Origin: Promethearchaeota archaeon | Lineage (GTDB): Archaea; Asgardarchaeota; Lokiarchaeia; Sigyniarchaeales; SOKP01 | Assembly (NCBI GenBank): GCA_016840165.1 | Contig: JAEOSU010000093.1 | Coordinates: forward strand, 1 to 19,132 | Direction of reading: 5' to 3' | Length of the DNA: 19,132 nucleotides | Shown here: positions 6,599-17,362 of the stretch, in pieces | Position numbering within the stretch: the stretch's first letter is position 1 | Layout: every line of letters begins with the position of its first letter | Position numbers and translations under genes: made by a program | Notes under the pieces: model-generated | What the model was told of the DNA's origin: nothing | What the model saw: only the letters and a program-made list of their open reading frames with translations | The model's database searches: none

Positions 6599-7150
6599 AT
6601 GTGTGCCGAAGAAGCGAAGGAATACGTGTTTAAAGTAACCATACTAGGCGATGCCGCCGTCGGTAAAACCTCTTTAATTAATCATTTTGTTGAAGGTGCT
6701 TTTGAAGAGGATTATAAACCCACTCTTGGAGCAAACATAATAAGGAAAGATGTAACGTTAGAAAAGTTTAATGCCAAAATTCGTTTAATCATGTGGGATC
6801 TTGCCGGACAAGAAAAGTACAATGTAATTCGAAGTATGTATTTCCAAGGGTGTGTAGGTGCGCTCGTTGTTTATGATATTACACGTCATAATACTTTTAA
6901 TAATATTGATTCAAAATGGCTAAAAGATTTTAAGAATTACGTCAAGAAAGAAGGCGCTTATATATTAATTGGCAATAAAAGTGACTTAAAAGACCAAAGA
7001 GCAGTATCAACAGAGGAAGGTAAAAAGCTGGCAGAGGAAATACAAGCAAGTGATTTTATTGAAACCAGTGCCAAGTATGGGGAGAATGTAGAGATGGCTT
7101 TTAAGAATTTGGTTTATCAGATATTACGGAATTATGGAGAGAATGTGTAA
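6599..7150 (+). CDS. Rab-like small GTPase (Ras superfamily)
   Basis: G1 GDAAVGKT, G2 YKPTLG, G3 WDLAGQ, G4 GNKSD, G5 ETSAK; Rab-like IRSMYFQG and LVVYDIT; no C-terminal prenylation Cys. Confidence 0.95.
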   Translation: MCAEEAKEYVFKVTILGDAAVGKTSLINHFVEGAFEEDYKPTLGANIIRKDVTLEKFNAKIRLIMWDLAGQEKYNVIRSMYFQGCVGALVVYDITRHNTFNNIDSKWLKDFKNYVKKEGAYILIGNKSDLKDQRAVSTEEGKKLAEEIQASDFIETSAKYGENVEMAFKNLVYQILRNYGENV

Positions 7151-7234
7151 ATTTCTGAGGATTTACTTTCTTGATAAAAATCTTATCCTTTACAAAATCA
7201 AATCTTTTAAATAGAATTGAATAGTTCATAATTT

Positions 7235-8386
7235 ATGAAGGAACTATCGCGAAAAGTTGCGCAAGCACCAAAATCTAAAATTAGGGAACTATTTGATCTT
7301 GCTGCTGGTAGGGAAGATGTAATTAGTCTAGGTATAGGTCAACCAGATTTTAAAACTCCTCAACCAGCAATTGAAGGTAATATTAAAGCTCTTAATAAAA
7401 ATATCACATATTACGCTCCAACTCGGGGAATTCCATCGTTACTTGAGCAATTAGAGCGAAAGGTCAAAAAGTTCAATAAGATTAATGTAAATTGGAAAGA
7501 AAACATCATCGTGACTAATGGTGGCTCGCAAGCGCTTTCTCTTGCCTTTGCCTCTTTATTTAACCCTGGGGATGAGCTTATCCTCTCCTCTCCGAACTTC
7601 ATTTCATATTTTTATTTAACAATTTTTTTTGGGGTAAAGCTTGTAGAGATCCAGAGAAAGAACGACTTCAGTTTAGATCTTGAAGCGATTAAAAAAAAGA
7701 TTAATCCCAATACAAAAGCGATATTAATTAACTCCCCTAATAACCCAACGGGTTATGTTTTGAGTAACGATGAATTATATGAACTTGTTGAAATCGTAAA
7801 GAGCAATGATATTTACCTTATTTCAGATGAAGTTTATGAAAATTACACATATGATGGGTCAAAACACATTAGCCCTGCCTCCATAGAAGGTATGTTTGAA
7901 AGAACTATAACCTTAAATGCTATGTCAAAATTATTTTCCGCTACTGGTTTTCGATTAGGTTATGTTATTGCAAAAAAACAGGTTATTGATTTAATGGAAA
8001 ATTATCACCAATATACGGTTGCTGGAACAAACCATCCCGCTCAATACGGTTTTCTCGAAGCATTAAAAATGGATATATCATTTTTTAATGAGATCCTAAA
8101 AAGCTTTGACAAGAGACGAATATTTGTTTACAAGAGATTAAATGAAATGGGTTTTGATGTGGTAAAACCAAAAGGAGCGTTCTATATTATGCCTTCCGTC
8201 AAAAAGTTTAATATTGATGGAGAGGATTTTTCTAAAGCGTTAATGAAGGATTATGGAGTAGCTGTAGTTCCTGGTAAAACCTTTGGGTCTTATTCAAATA
8301 ATATGATACGAATTTCCTATGCCACTGAATATAGCAAACTCGAAGAGGCTATGAATAGGATTGAAAAATTTATTAAAAAAATTTAG
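7235..8386 (+). CDS. PLP-dependent aminotransferase class I/II (aspartate/aromatic aminotransferase-like)
   Basis: SLGIGQPDF, TNGGSQAL, NSPNNPTG, SDEVY, PLP-lysine motif AMSKLFSATGFRLGY, PKGAFY, RISYA. Confidence 0.95.
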   Translation: MKELSRKVAQAPKSKIRELFDLAAGREDVISLGIGQPDFKTPQPAIEGNIKALNKNITYYAPTRGIPSLLEQLERKVKKFNKINVNWKENIIVTNGGSQALSLAFASLFNPGDELILSSPNFISYFYLTIFFGVKLVEIQRKNDFSLDLEAIKKKINPNTKAILINSPNNPTGYVLSNDELYELVEIVKSNDIYLISDEVYENYTYDGSKHISPASIEGMFERTITLNAMSKLFSATGFRLGYVIAKKQVIDLMENYHQYTVAGTNHPAQYGFLEALKMDISFFNEILKSFDKRRIFVYKRLNEMGFDVVKPKGAFYIMPSVKKFNIDGEDFSKALMKDYGVAVVPGKTFGSYSNNMIRISYATEYSKLEEAMNRIEKFIKKI

Positions 8387-8445
8387 AATATTAAAAAAAT
8401 AGAAAAAACTCAAATTTTTTACTTATCATCTTATAAGCGATCGGT

Positions 8446-8976
8446 CTATCTTTTCTCTTCTTTTTCATGGTGAAGCATGATGACTATTCCTAAAACTAAC
8501 ATAGTGGAATTATCGTCTAGTTCAGGTATGACTTTAATTCCATAGGTACCTTTTAAGATACTTTTGAAGAATTTCTTGTTTATTTCTGCAACTTCTTTAT
8601 TATCTTTAAGAATTTTATACTTCAAGGTTAAAATGTTTCCTTTCATGGTAAAAACTCGGTTCTCCTGGGGATCCTCAAACCAATACTTAGGTTTTATTGA
8701 GACTATTTTCCGTTTAAGTTGACCTAAATATTTATCATCATCTTGTTCACCACCTTTATAGAAACGATAAGTAGAATGAATTGAGATTATCTTTTCATGT
8801 ATGGTTAAAACGGGATTTTCTTCAAGGTCCCTTATCCTATATGTATTTCCTATTTTAATGAGTTTTCCTTGGAATGTACCTATTACATCTTTATTGGTAT
8901 TCATAATTGTTCCTTTATCGGTCAGAGAGATCATTTTTTCTTGTAGTATAAATTCTCTAGTTTTTTGTAACGACAT
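8446..8976 (-). CDS. LURP-one-related / scramblase / Tubby C-terminal-like protein
   Basis: Repeated beta-hairpin units (QEKMISL, HEKIISIHSTYRF, KRKIVSIKPKYWF, KGNILTLKYKI, AEINKKFF..GTYGI) closed by the hydrophobic helix MLVLGIVIML; GAGGA SD-like motif upstream. Confidence 0.85.
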   Translation of the reverse strand: MSLQKTREFILQEKMISLTDKGTIMNTNKDVIGTFQGKLIKIGNTYRIRDLEENPVLTIHEKIISIHSTYRFYKGGEQDDDKYLGQLKRKIVSIKPKYWFEDPQENRVFTMKGNILTLKYKILKDNKEVAEINKKFFKSILKGTYGIKVIPELDDNSTMLVLGIVIMLHHEKEEKR

Positions 8977-9162
8977 TTTCCTTCTTCCTCAAGCTTAAAT
9001 TTAACTCACTTTTAAAAATAATTTATTAAGAGTGTTTATAGTAAAAATCGAGTTTGAATTTATATATTTATTCTAGTTCGATAAGATGATAATTAAATTA
9101 AAATAGGTGATCAAACATACAACCCTTAATATTACAGTATAAATTAAGTTTTAATTGAGAGA

Positions 9163-9657
9163 ATGTCATTAATATATAGTTCTGATGGTTATTTCTGCGA
9201 AGGAGAAGTGGCCGGAAATTGGCAATTTACTATGGAATTAGGAAAAATTCTACTAACAAAACAATACCTTTCCCTATTAAAAAAGTCGAATATAAGTTTA
9301 ACCGAAATAGGTTCTTCAATAGATGATTTTAATGAAGGTTATAAAATACCTTTAAGAAATATACGAAAAGTCTTTCCTTTGAAACAAGGAAAGATTTATA
9401 CAGTGAAAATAGAGACTCGAGATAATCACTTTTTCTCTATTACTTTAGCTGATGATGAAACATTTGGTAAGAATAAGAGTGATGAATTAAGTGAAATTAT
9501 CAACTCCACAATTTTACAATGGATTAAGTCAGAAGAAATGGTTATAAACGAGAACAAGGAAACTAGAAATAATATTTCTAGAAATTATTGTAAATACTGT
9601 GGTTCAGAGATCGCCTTAAATGCTAAATATTGTAAAAATTGTGGTATAGAATTATAA
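9163..9657 (+). CDS. PH/GRAM-like domain protein with C-terminal zinc ribbon
   Basis: GKILLTKQYLSLL...YKIPLRNIRKV...VKIETRD..FFSIT...helix (PH-like pattern); C-terminal CKYCG-x8-YCKNCG zinc ribbon. Confidence 0.7.
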   Translation: MSLIYSSDGYFCEGEVAGNWQFTMELGKILLTKQYLSLLKKSNISLTEIGSSIDDFNEGYKIPLRNIRKVFPLKQGKIYTVKIETRDNHFFSITLADDETFGKNKSDELSEIINSTILQWIKSEEMVINENKETRNNISRNYCKYCGSEIALNAKYCKNCGIEL

Positions 9658-9664
9658 CGAGGTT

Positions 9665-10867
9665 CTATATATAATCGACTTCAAATGGTGTTTTTGGAAG
9701 CACTTCCGCACCTTTCTTAGTGACTAATGTAGGAGACTCTAAGCGTAATCCTCCAAGTCTTGGACGATTAAATACTACCGCAGCTATCTCCACCATGTTT
9801 TCTTCAAAGATCATAGATCCCCATTCTTTTCCCGGTACCACAACTGGCCAGCTTTCATTGCCGATACAGCCAATACCATGACCTAATCCGAAGAATAAAT
9901 CATTTGCATATCCTTGTCTTTCTGCAATCTTCTTCACTTCTTGATAACAATTATCAAAGGTATTTCCCGGATACATATTATCTATTAAGGTATAACACAT
10001 CTGTTCATAGACATCATTAAAGTTTTTTAATTGGGGAGGACATCTTCCAAGGACATAATTATGGCTTAAATCTCCCAAATAACAACCATATTCACTATGT
10101 AAGTCGACAAGTAGCGATTCTCCTTCTAATACTTTTTTATTTGTTGCGGGTGTACACCCGTTAAAAGTCCAGCTTGCTCTATAACCCGAGGCAATCTCTT
10201 CATTTCCTGTAAATGTCCATTCATAATTGCTACCTGCTTTTCTCATAGCTAAAGTTCCTATTCCTGCAATCTCATTTTCTGTATAAACTTTACCTTCTTT
10301 ACGCTCAGATAATTCTTCTTTCACTGCTTTTTGACCAATATCGGTAATTTCACTAGCTTTTCTTAACATCGCAATTTCTTCGGGTTCTTTAATGAATTGA
10401 ATTCTTTCAGTTTTATCATTAAAATCGACTAATTCACAGCCAGGAAATTTATTCTTTAGATAATTAGCTTCAGTATAGGATAACATCTGTCCTGTCACAC
10501 ATATATCAATTCCAAGTTCAACACCTATACGAGGAGGAGTTCCTTTAGGCTCATATACTCCAGCTTTTTTTGCTAATTTTTGGATTTTTTTTTCCCAAAA
10601 AAATCCACTCATTGGACCCCATCCACTCACATTACTCAAATATGACTCTGCTTTTACCCTTTCTACATCTAATAATACAGTTAATAACTCAGGTTCTCCT
10701 TGACCCTCCTTTGGCAAGAAAAAGTAGCTTTTCCATGGCACAAAACACCCTGCAAGATACGTTATTGATTTTACTCTAGTAAGAACACAAAAATCTAAAT
10801 TAAGCTCTTCCATAGCGTTTTGATACTTTTTTATATGTCCCGCCCAATTTATTTCAATATCACTCAT
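9665..10867 (-). CDS. M24 family (Xaa-Pro peptidase/creatinase-like) protein with atypical active site
   Basis: Creatinase-type N-domain (SITYLAG), IKEPEEIAMLRKA, LLVDL..Y..YLGDL, GHGIG, GGLRLES.TLVT. ATG 10867 with a GTGAT SD-like motif is preferred over GTG 10876. Confidence 0.88.
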   Translation of the reverse strand: MSDIEINWAGHIKKYQNAMEELNLDFCVLTRVKSITYLAGCFVPWKSYFFLPKEGQGEPELLTVLLDVERVKAESYLSNVSGWGPMSGFFWEKKIQKLAKKAGVYEPKGTPPRIGVELGIDICVTGQMLSYTEANYLKNKFPGCELVDFNDKTERIQFIKEPEEIAMLRKASEITDIGQKAVKEELSERKEGKVYTENEIAGIGTLAMRKAGSNYEWTFTGNEEIASGYRASWTFNGCTPATNKKVLEGESLLVDLHSEYGCYLGDLSHNYVLGRCPPQLKNFNDVYEQMCYTLIDNMYPGNTFDNCYQEVKKIAERQGYANDLFFGLGHGIGCIGNESWPVVVPGKEWGSMIFEENMVEIAAVVFNRPRLGGLRLESPTLVTKKGAEVLPKTPFEVDYI

Positions 10868-10983
10868 TAATATCACATGTTTTATTTGATTACTAAATCT
10901 ATTTAGATATCGATATATAAATAGTTTTGAAACCTAGTAAAATATAAGTTTATAAAAATTCAAAAAGAAAAAGTAGAATTTTT

Positions 10984-13287
<2,304 letters not shown>

Positions 13288-13327
13288 TCAAATAGATAAA
13301 ATAAATACTACTTTAATTTCTTTTTCC

Positions 13328-14155
13328 TTATTTTTTAAAATTGTTTTCAAAAGAAGACTTGAATTTATCTTCCTTTAATTGAGTTCTTAAAAAGATTTTG
13401 AACTTATTTGCGATGTCTAAATTACTCATTTCATTATTTAGATTTTCCTTAATGAATAATTTTCTTAACCTAATTATTTGAGGAATAAATGAAGTTTCCT
13501 TTAAATTTTTTATATTCTGATTCACAATTTTTCTAGTGATTTGATCCAAGTCCTCCTTATATAGATTCTTTTTCTTCTTTAATGATCTCTTCTGGTATTG
13601 CTCTGAAGTTAACTTAATATCTTGTTCAATTATCTTGAGTAAATTTTTGATCTTCGCCTCCAAATTCGTAATTTCTGAAAGATTAATACTAGCGATTGGT
13701 TTGTCCCATGAATAGGTATCGAAAAAATCAAACTTTTGATTAATATTTTGTACTACTTGATTTGGAATTGGTTTCCCGCGCTTTTCATTCCATAAAACGC
13801 ATTGATCAACAGGTGTAGAAATATGGATGATATAGAAAGGAGTATCAACTTTCTTGGCTATTTCTTTCAGATCATGTCTCATACTCGAATAATAGTTTAA
13901 ATCATCACTAATAACAATATCTCCATCCTTCAGAGCTTTTCGTAAGCTTTTTAGATTTCTCTTGCGTACAATATTTTCCTTTTTATAATTAAAATTGCTA
14001 GAATATAAATTTTTTCTGATTTTATCGGGATCAACTATACTTACTATTACTTGATCATTAACATTTTCCAATATAGATTTAAATTTATGTGCAAAAGTAG
14101 ATTTTCCCGAAGCGGGCAGCCCACATAATATGATAAGATAGTTTCGTTTAGGCAT
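13328..14155 (-). CDS. pstK: O-phosphoseryl-tRNA(Sec) kinase (PSTK; KTI12-related P-loop kinase)
   Basis: LIILCGLPASGKST, DKIR, DDLNYYSSMRHDL, WNEKRGKPIP, KFD..YSWDKP and C-terminal helical domain LDQITRKIV..LRKLF match archaeal PSTK (MJ1538-type). ATG 14155 (MPKRNY) overlaps the upstream gene end; 14173 is an alternative start. Confidence 0.88.
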   Translation of the reverse strand: MPKRNYLIILCGLPASGKSTFAHKFKSILENVNDQVIVSIVDPDKIRKNLYSSNFNYKKENIVRKRNLKSLRKALKDGDIVISDDLNYYSSMRHDLKEIAKKVDTPFYIIHISTPVDQCVLWNEKRGKPIPNQVVQNINQKFDFFDTYSWDKPIASINLSEITNLEAKIKNLLKIIEQDIKLTSEQYQKRSLKKKKNLYKEDLDQITRKIVNQNIKNLKETSFIPQIIRLRKLFIKENLNNEMSNLDIANKFKIFLRTQLKEDKFKSSFENNFKK

Positions 14156-14432
14156 CAATTCGGTCAATATCATTAAAATTTTTTATTAGTTTAATTTTTT
14201 CTTTTCTTGAGAGCGATTTAATTTCTAATTCTCTTCTCATTGCATCAGTTCGTTCTCTAAAGGTTTCAAAATACTTGAGTTTAATTTCTTTTTTTCCCCG
14301 ACAAAAGCGTGCTCCCTTTCCTTTTTTATGCTCCTCCACTCTTCGATGCAGATTATTAGTATATCCGGTATAATACCACTTTCTGTTCTTTTTTGATACT
14401 GTTTCTAAGATATATACGTAATACACAGACAT
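14148..14432 (-). CDS. Small GIY-YIG endonuclease (UPF0213 / YhbQ-like)
   Basis: YYVYIL...YYTGYTNNLHRRVEEH..GKGARF...AMRRELEIK.LSR..K; GTGAT SD-like motif upstream. Confidence 0.93.
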   Translation of the reverse strand: MSVYYVYILETVSKKNRKWYYTGYTNNLHRRVEEHKKGKGARFCRGKKEIKLKYFETFRERTDAMRRELEIKSLSRKEKIKLIKNFNDIDRIDA

Positions 14433-14636
14433 TCAAAGATCACTACCTTAAGAATGGTTTTCATTATATTTATCTTTTAATCCAGATTACCATTGAAAAT
14501 AAATGATTTTGCTTTCTATTGAATCAAGCTTATTAGTTGTCGATTCTATCCGTAATAACAAATCTAAAAATTAAATTTATTAAGAAGGAGTTTTATAATT
14601 TAAAAGTAGGCTATAAGAATTTACTGGTGATGTACT

Positions 14637-15272
14637 ATTCCTTTAGGTGTTTTTTTAATTAAATGGGATGAGGTAATCGGCGGGACAATTTATATGAAAT
14701 ATCCCGAAGTTTTGGACATTCCAGACAATATTGTCCAACAAATTCAAATTTCACATAATTTTATAGAATCCTACATAACAATAGAAGAAAAAAATTGGAG
14801 TTCCATCTCTTATTATAACGAAGAGAAAGATATCATCATAGTCTTAGTCTTAGATAAATATGACGATAGTTCTGACTATACTATTATATTAGATGAATTT
14901 AAGAAGGAATTACAATTAGATTTAAAAGAAAAGGAACTTCGATGGCATTTAGAGCGAATATTTAACTTATCTCTTAAAGTTTTTCGTACAAGAGATGAAG
15001 TAATCGCTAAATTGAGCAATGAAGTTGCTCAACTCAAAACCTTAGAATATGATCTGAAAAAAAAATTTGCTAAAATAGTAAACTCTGATCATCTCAAAGT
15101 GAAAAGTAAAATTCAGTTTTTATTAGCTATTAATGATGAATTATCACATGATGAGCTTAAGAAGGCAGTAAATACAAGTAAAAGATGGCTCAATGAAGTC
15201 TTAGAAACCCTCATACAAAACCAAATCGTTGCCTATGATAAGAATAAAGATAATTACTATTTATTGTTTTAA
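14637..15272 (+). CDS. uDENN/longin-like N-domain + coiled coil + C-terminal winged-helix protein (probable AUU start)
   Basis: The frame is open upstream of ATG 14694 to the TGA at 14628-14630, adding IPLGVFLIKWDEVIGGTIY before MKYPE. GGTGA SD at 14626-14630. Heptad region VIAKLSNEVAQLKTLEYDL. wHTH-like KIQFLLAINDELSHDELKKAVNTSKRWLNEVLETLIQNQIVAYDKNKDNYYL. Confidence 0.65.
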   Translation: MPLGVFLIKWDEVIGGTIYMKYPEVLDIPDNIVQQIQISHNFIESYITIEEKNWSSISYYNEEKDIIIVLVLDKYDDSSDYTIILDEFKKELQLDLKEKELRWHLERIFNLSLKVFRTRDEVIAKLSNEVAQLKTLEYDLKKKFAKIVNSDHLKVKSKIQFLLAINDELSHDELKKAVNTSKRWLNEVLETLIQNQIVAYDKNKDNYYLLF

Positions 15273-15367
15273 AAAACCTAATCAGTGAATTTTCAATAAT
15301 CAGATTCATATAGGTGTTTTTATTTACTTACATAAATTACATAATTATTCAAATAGTTAACCTACCA

Positions 15368-16501
15368 ATGAATTTATCAAACGAAGAACAAGAGGCTGTA
15401 ATAAAAGTGATGGAGTCTCAGATGCTCACATTACTTCATGGGACCTATGTAAAACAATTTGAAGAGAATTTTGCTAATTATATTGGTGTTAAGCATGCAA
15501 TTGGGGTTAATACCGGTACTGCAGCTCTCCATATTGCCCTTGCAGCGTTAGATATTGGTCCAGGAGATGAAGTTATTGTTCCTCCATTTACATTCATCGC
15601 CACCGCAAGTTCAATATTACATAATAATGCTATTCCTATTTTTGCTGATATTGATCCAAAATCCTACACTTTAGATCCAGAATCAGTAAAAGAAAAGATC
15701 ACTAATAGAACAAAGGCAATTATCCCCGTTCATTTAGCTGGAATCAGCGCCGATATGGAATCACTTCAAAAAATAGCGGAAAGGGATGCTATCCATATAA
15801 TAGAAGATGCCGCTCAGTCGATTGGGACCCTATGTAATGGTAAAAAAGTAGGCTCATTAGGAACTCTTGGATGCTTTAGTTTTTATCCCAGCAAAAATAT
15901 TACCACTGGTGAGGGAGGGATGATCACGACTAATGATGATAAATTAGCAGATCAATGTCGTTTGATCAGGCATCATGGAGAACCATCATGGTATGTATAT
16001 AATCGCCTAGGATATAATTATCGAATGACTGAGATTCAAGGAGCAATAGGGAATGTTCAATTAAAAAAACTTCCTAAATTTATTGAGGTAAGAAATAGAA
16101 ATGCTGAGTTTCTTAGTAATGCCGTGGATCAGATTGAAGGAATAAGCTCTCCTTTTGTCCCGGAATATTGTAAACCTGCTTTTAATTACTGGATTGGAAG
16201 AATCAATCCTAAAGAAATAGGATTAAATAAAAATCAATTTATAGAGCGTTTTCCTAAAAGTAAGGTCTTGTATCCAAAACCTCTTTATAAGACAAAACTT
16301 TTTCAAGAAAAAATAGCCTACCCAAAAGGCTGTCCGTGGTCTTGCCCTTTTTATGGAAAGGAAATCGATTATAAAACAGTCTCTTTACCAAACGTAGAAT
16401 TGATTACCACAGAAATTTTTGCCCTAGATATTCATCCAAAAATGACGCAAGCAGATTTAGAAGAAAATGTAAGAATAATGAGAAAATTGGCTAAAAATTA
16501 A
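15368..16501 (+). CDS. DegT/DnrJ/EryC1/StrS family PLP-dependent (sugar) aminotransferase
   Basis: VNTGTAALH, GDEVIVPPFTFIATA, IIPVHLAG, IEDAAQS, FSFYPSKNITTGEGGM (PLP Lys), GYNYRMTEIQGAIG. Start uncertain: ATG 15368, GTG 15314, or a non-AUG codon a few codons upstream of 15368. Confidence 0.93.
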   Translation: MNLSNEEQEAVIKVMESQMLTLLHGTYVKQFEENFANYIGVKHAIGVNTGTAALHIALAALDIGPGDEVIVPPFTFIATASSILHNNAIPIFADIDPKSYTLDPESVKEKITNRTKAIIPVHLAGISADMESLQKIAERDAIHIIEDAAQSIGTLCNGKKVGSLGTLGCFSFYPSKNITTGEGGMITTNDDKLADQCRLIRHHGEPSWYVYNRLGYNYRMTEIQGAIGNVQLKKLPKFIEVRNRNAEFLSNAVDQIEGISSPFVPEYCKPAFNYWIGRINPKEIGLNKNQFIERFPKSKVLYPKPLYKTKLFQEKIAYPKGCPWSCPFYGKEIDYKTVSLPNVELITTEIFALDIHPKMTQADLEENVRIMRKLAKN

Positions 16502-16526
16502 ATGCTCCTTTCTCTTACATTTATTT

Positions 16527-16799
16527 ATGCGTAGAATTATAATAAAAGTATACGGTCTAGTTCAAGGAGTTTTTTTTCGATACACAACAAGAAAAGTTGC
16601 TCGTCAATTAGATTTAACGGGCATAGTAAAAAATATGCCTGATGGAAGTGTATACATTGAAGCTGAAGGTACAGAAGAAAATCTATCCCAACTTCTAAAA
16701 TTTGCTAAAAAAGGACCAAAATACGCCGAAGTTTCAAATATAGAATACGAATATACCCCCCCTCTAAATAAGTACAAAGGTTTTGATTATGCTTTTTAA
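16527..16799 (+). CDS. acyP: Acylphosphatase
   Basis: Signatures VYGLVQGVFFR, GIVKNMPDGSV.IEAEG and GPKYAEV. Confidence 0.96.
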   Translation: MRRIIIKVYGLVQGVFFRYTTRKVARQLDLTGIVKNMPDGSVYIEAEGTEENLSQLLKFAKKGPKYAEVSNIEYEYTPPLNKYKGFDYAF

Positions 16800-16863
16800 T
16801 AACTTAGAGGATAATATCCAGATATTATTCGTGAAAATATAGTATTATTTCAATACATTATTT

Positions 16864-17211
16864 ATGTCGCTAACTTTAAAGAGAAATAAATATCTCAGTC
16901 TTTTTAATTCTCTACTTCATCAAGACATAAAATTCCCGAGTCCCCTAATCTTAAGAATGTATGGTTTGCTAAATGATTTGAATTTGAAAAAAGAGAACCG
17001 CTATATTTTATGCAATTTTATCGATCAAAATAGTGATCGCTTCGAGGTTAAGAGAGATATCTATCAAAATAATCACCATTATACCTTAAATCACCTATTT
17101 CTATTCGCAATTAAAAAAGCTAAAGAATTTAACTTAATTGAGGCGCTTTATGAAGAGTATTTAAATAGTATTATAGCTATTAACCGCAAAATAGAGATTT
17201 CTCATTATTAA
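16864..17211 (+). CDS. Hypothetical all-alpha protein
   Basis: 115-aa ORF with ATG start, co-oriented and filling the gap between acyP and the GTPase; no recognisable motif. Confidence 0.6.
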   Translation: MSLTLKRNKYLSLFNSLLHQDIKFPSPLILRMYGLLNDLNLKKENRYILCNFIDQNSDRFEVKRDIYQNNHHYTLNHLFLFAIKKAKEFNLIEALYEEYLNSIIAINRKIEISHY

Positions 17212-17362
17212 TAGTTCTAAAACAACCCACCTATTTCAAATTATTTCATAATCTCTTACTGAATTTTAATTACCAAATAAAAGAAGAAAATTATTAATAA
17301 GGAATATTTTTATTATGAAAGTATCATATGAACTTCAATTTTATTAATTAAGGGAAAAAATT

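Noticed and set aside
7411-7602. 63-aa - strand ORF
   Set aside because: Antisense shadow of the aminotransferase.
8801-8998. 65-aa + strand ORF
   Set aside because: Antisense shadow of the LURP1-like gene.
10570-10779. 69-aa + strand ORF
   Set aside because: Antisense shadow of the M24 gene.
14148-14432. GIY-YIG gene as a homing endonuclease or mobile element
   Set aside because: It is the short stand-alone UPF0213 type, with no DNA-binding extension and no intron or intein context.
14607-14636. UGA-UGU (Sec-Cys) read-through upstream of the uDENN-like gene
   Set aside because: An in-frame TAG at 14607-14609 with no start codon between it and the TGA; the TGA is better explained as part of the GGTGA SD.
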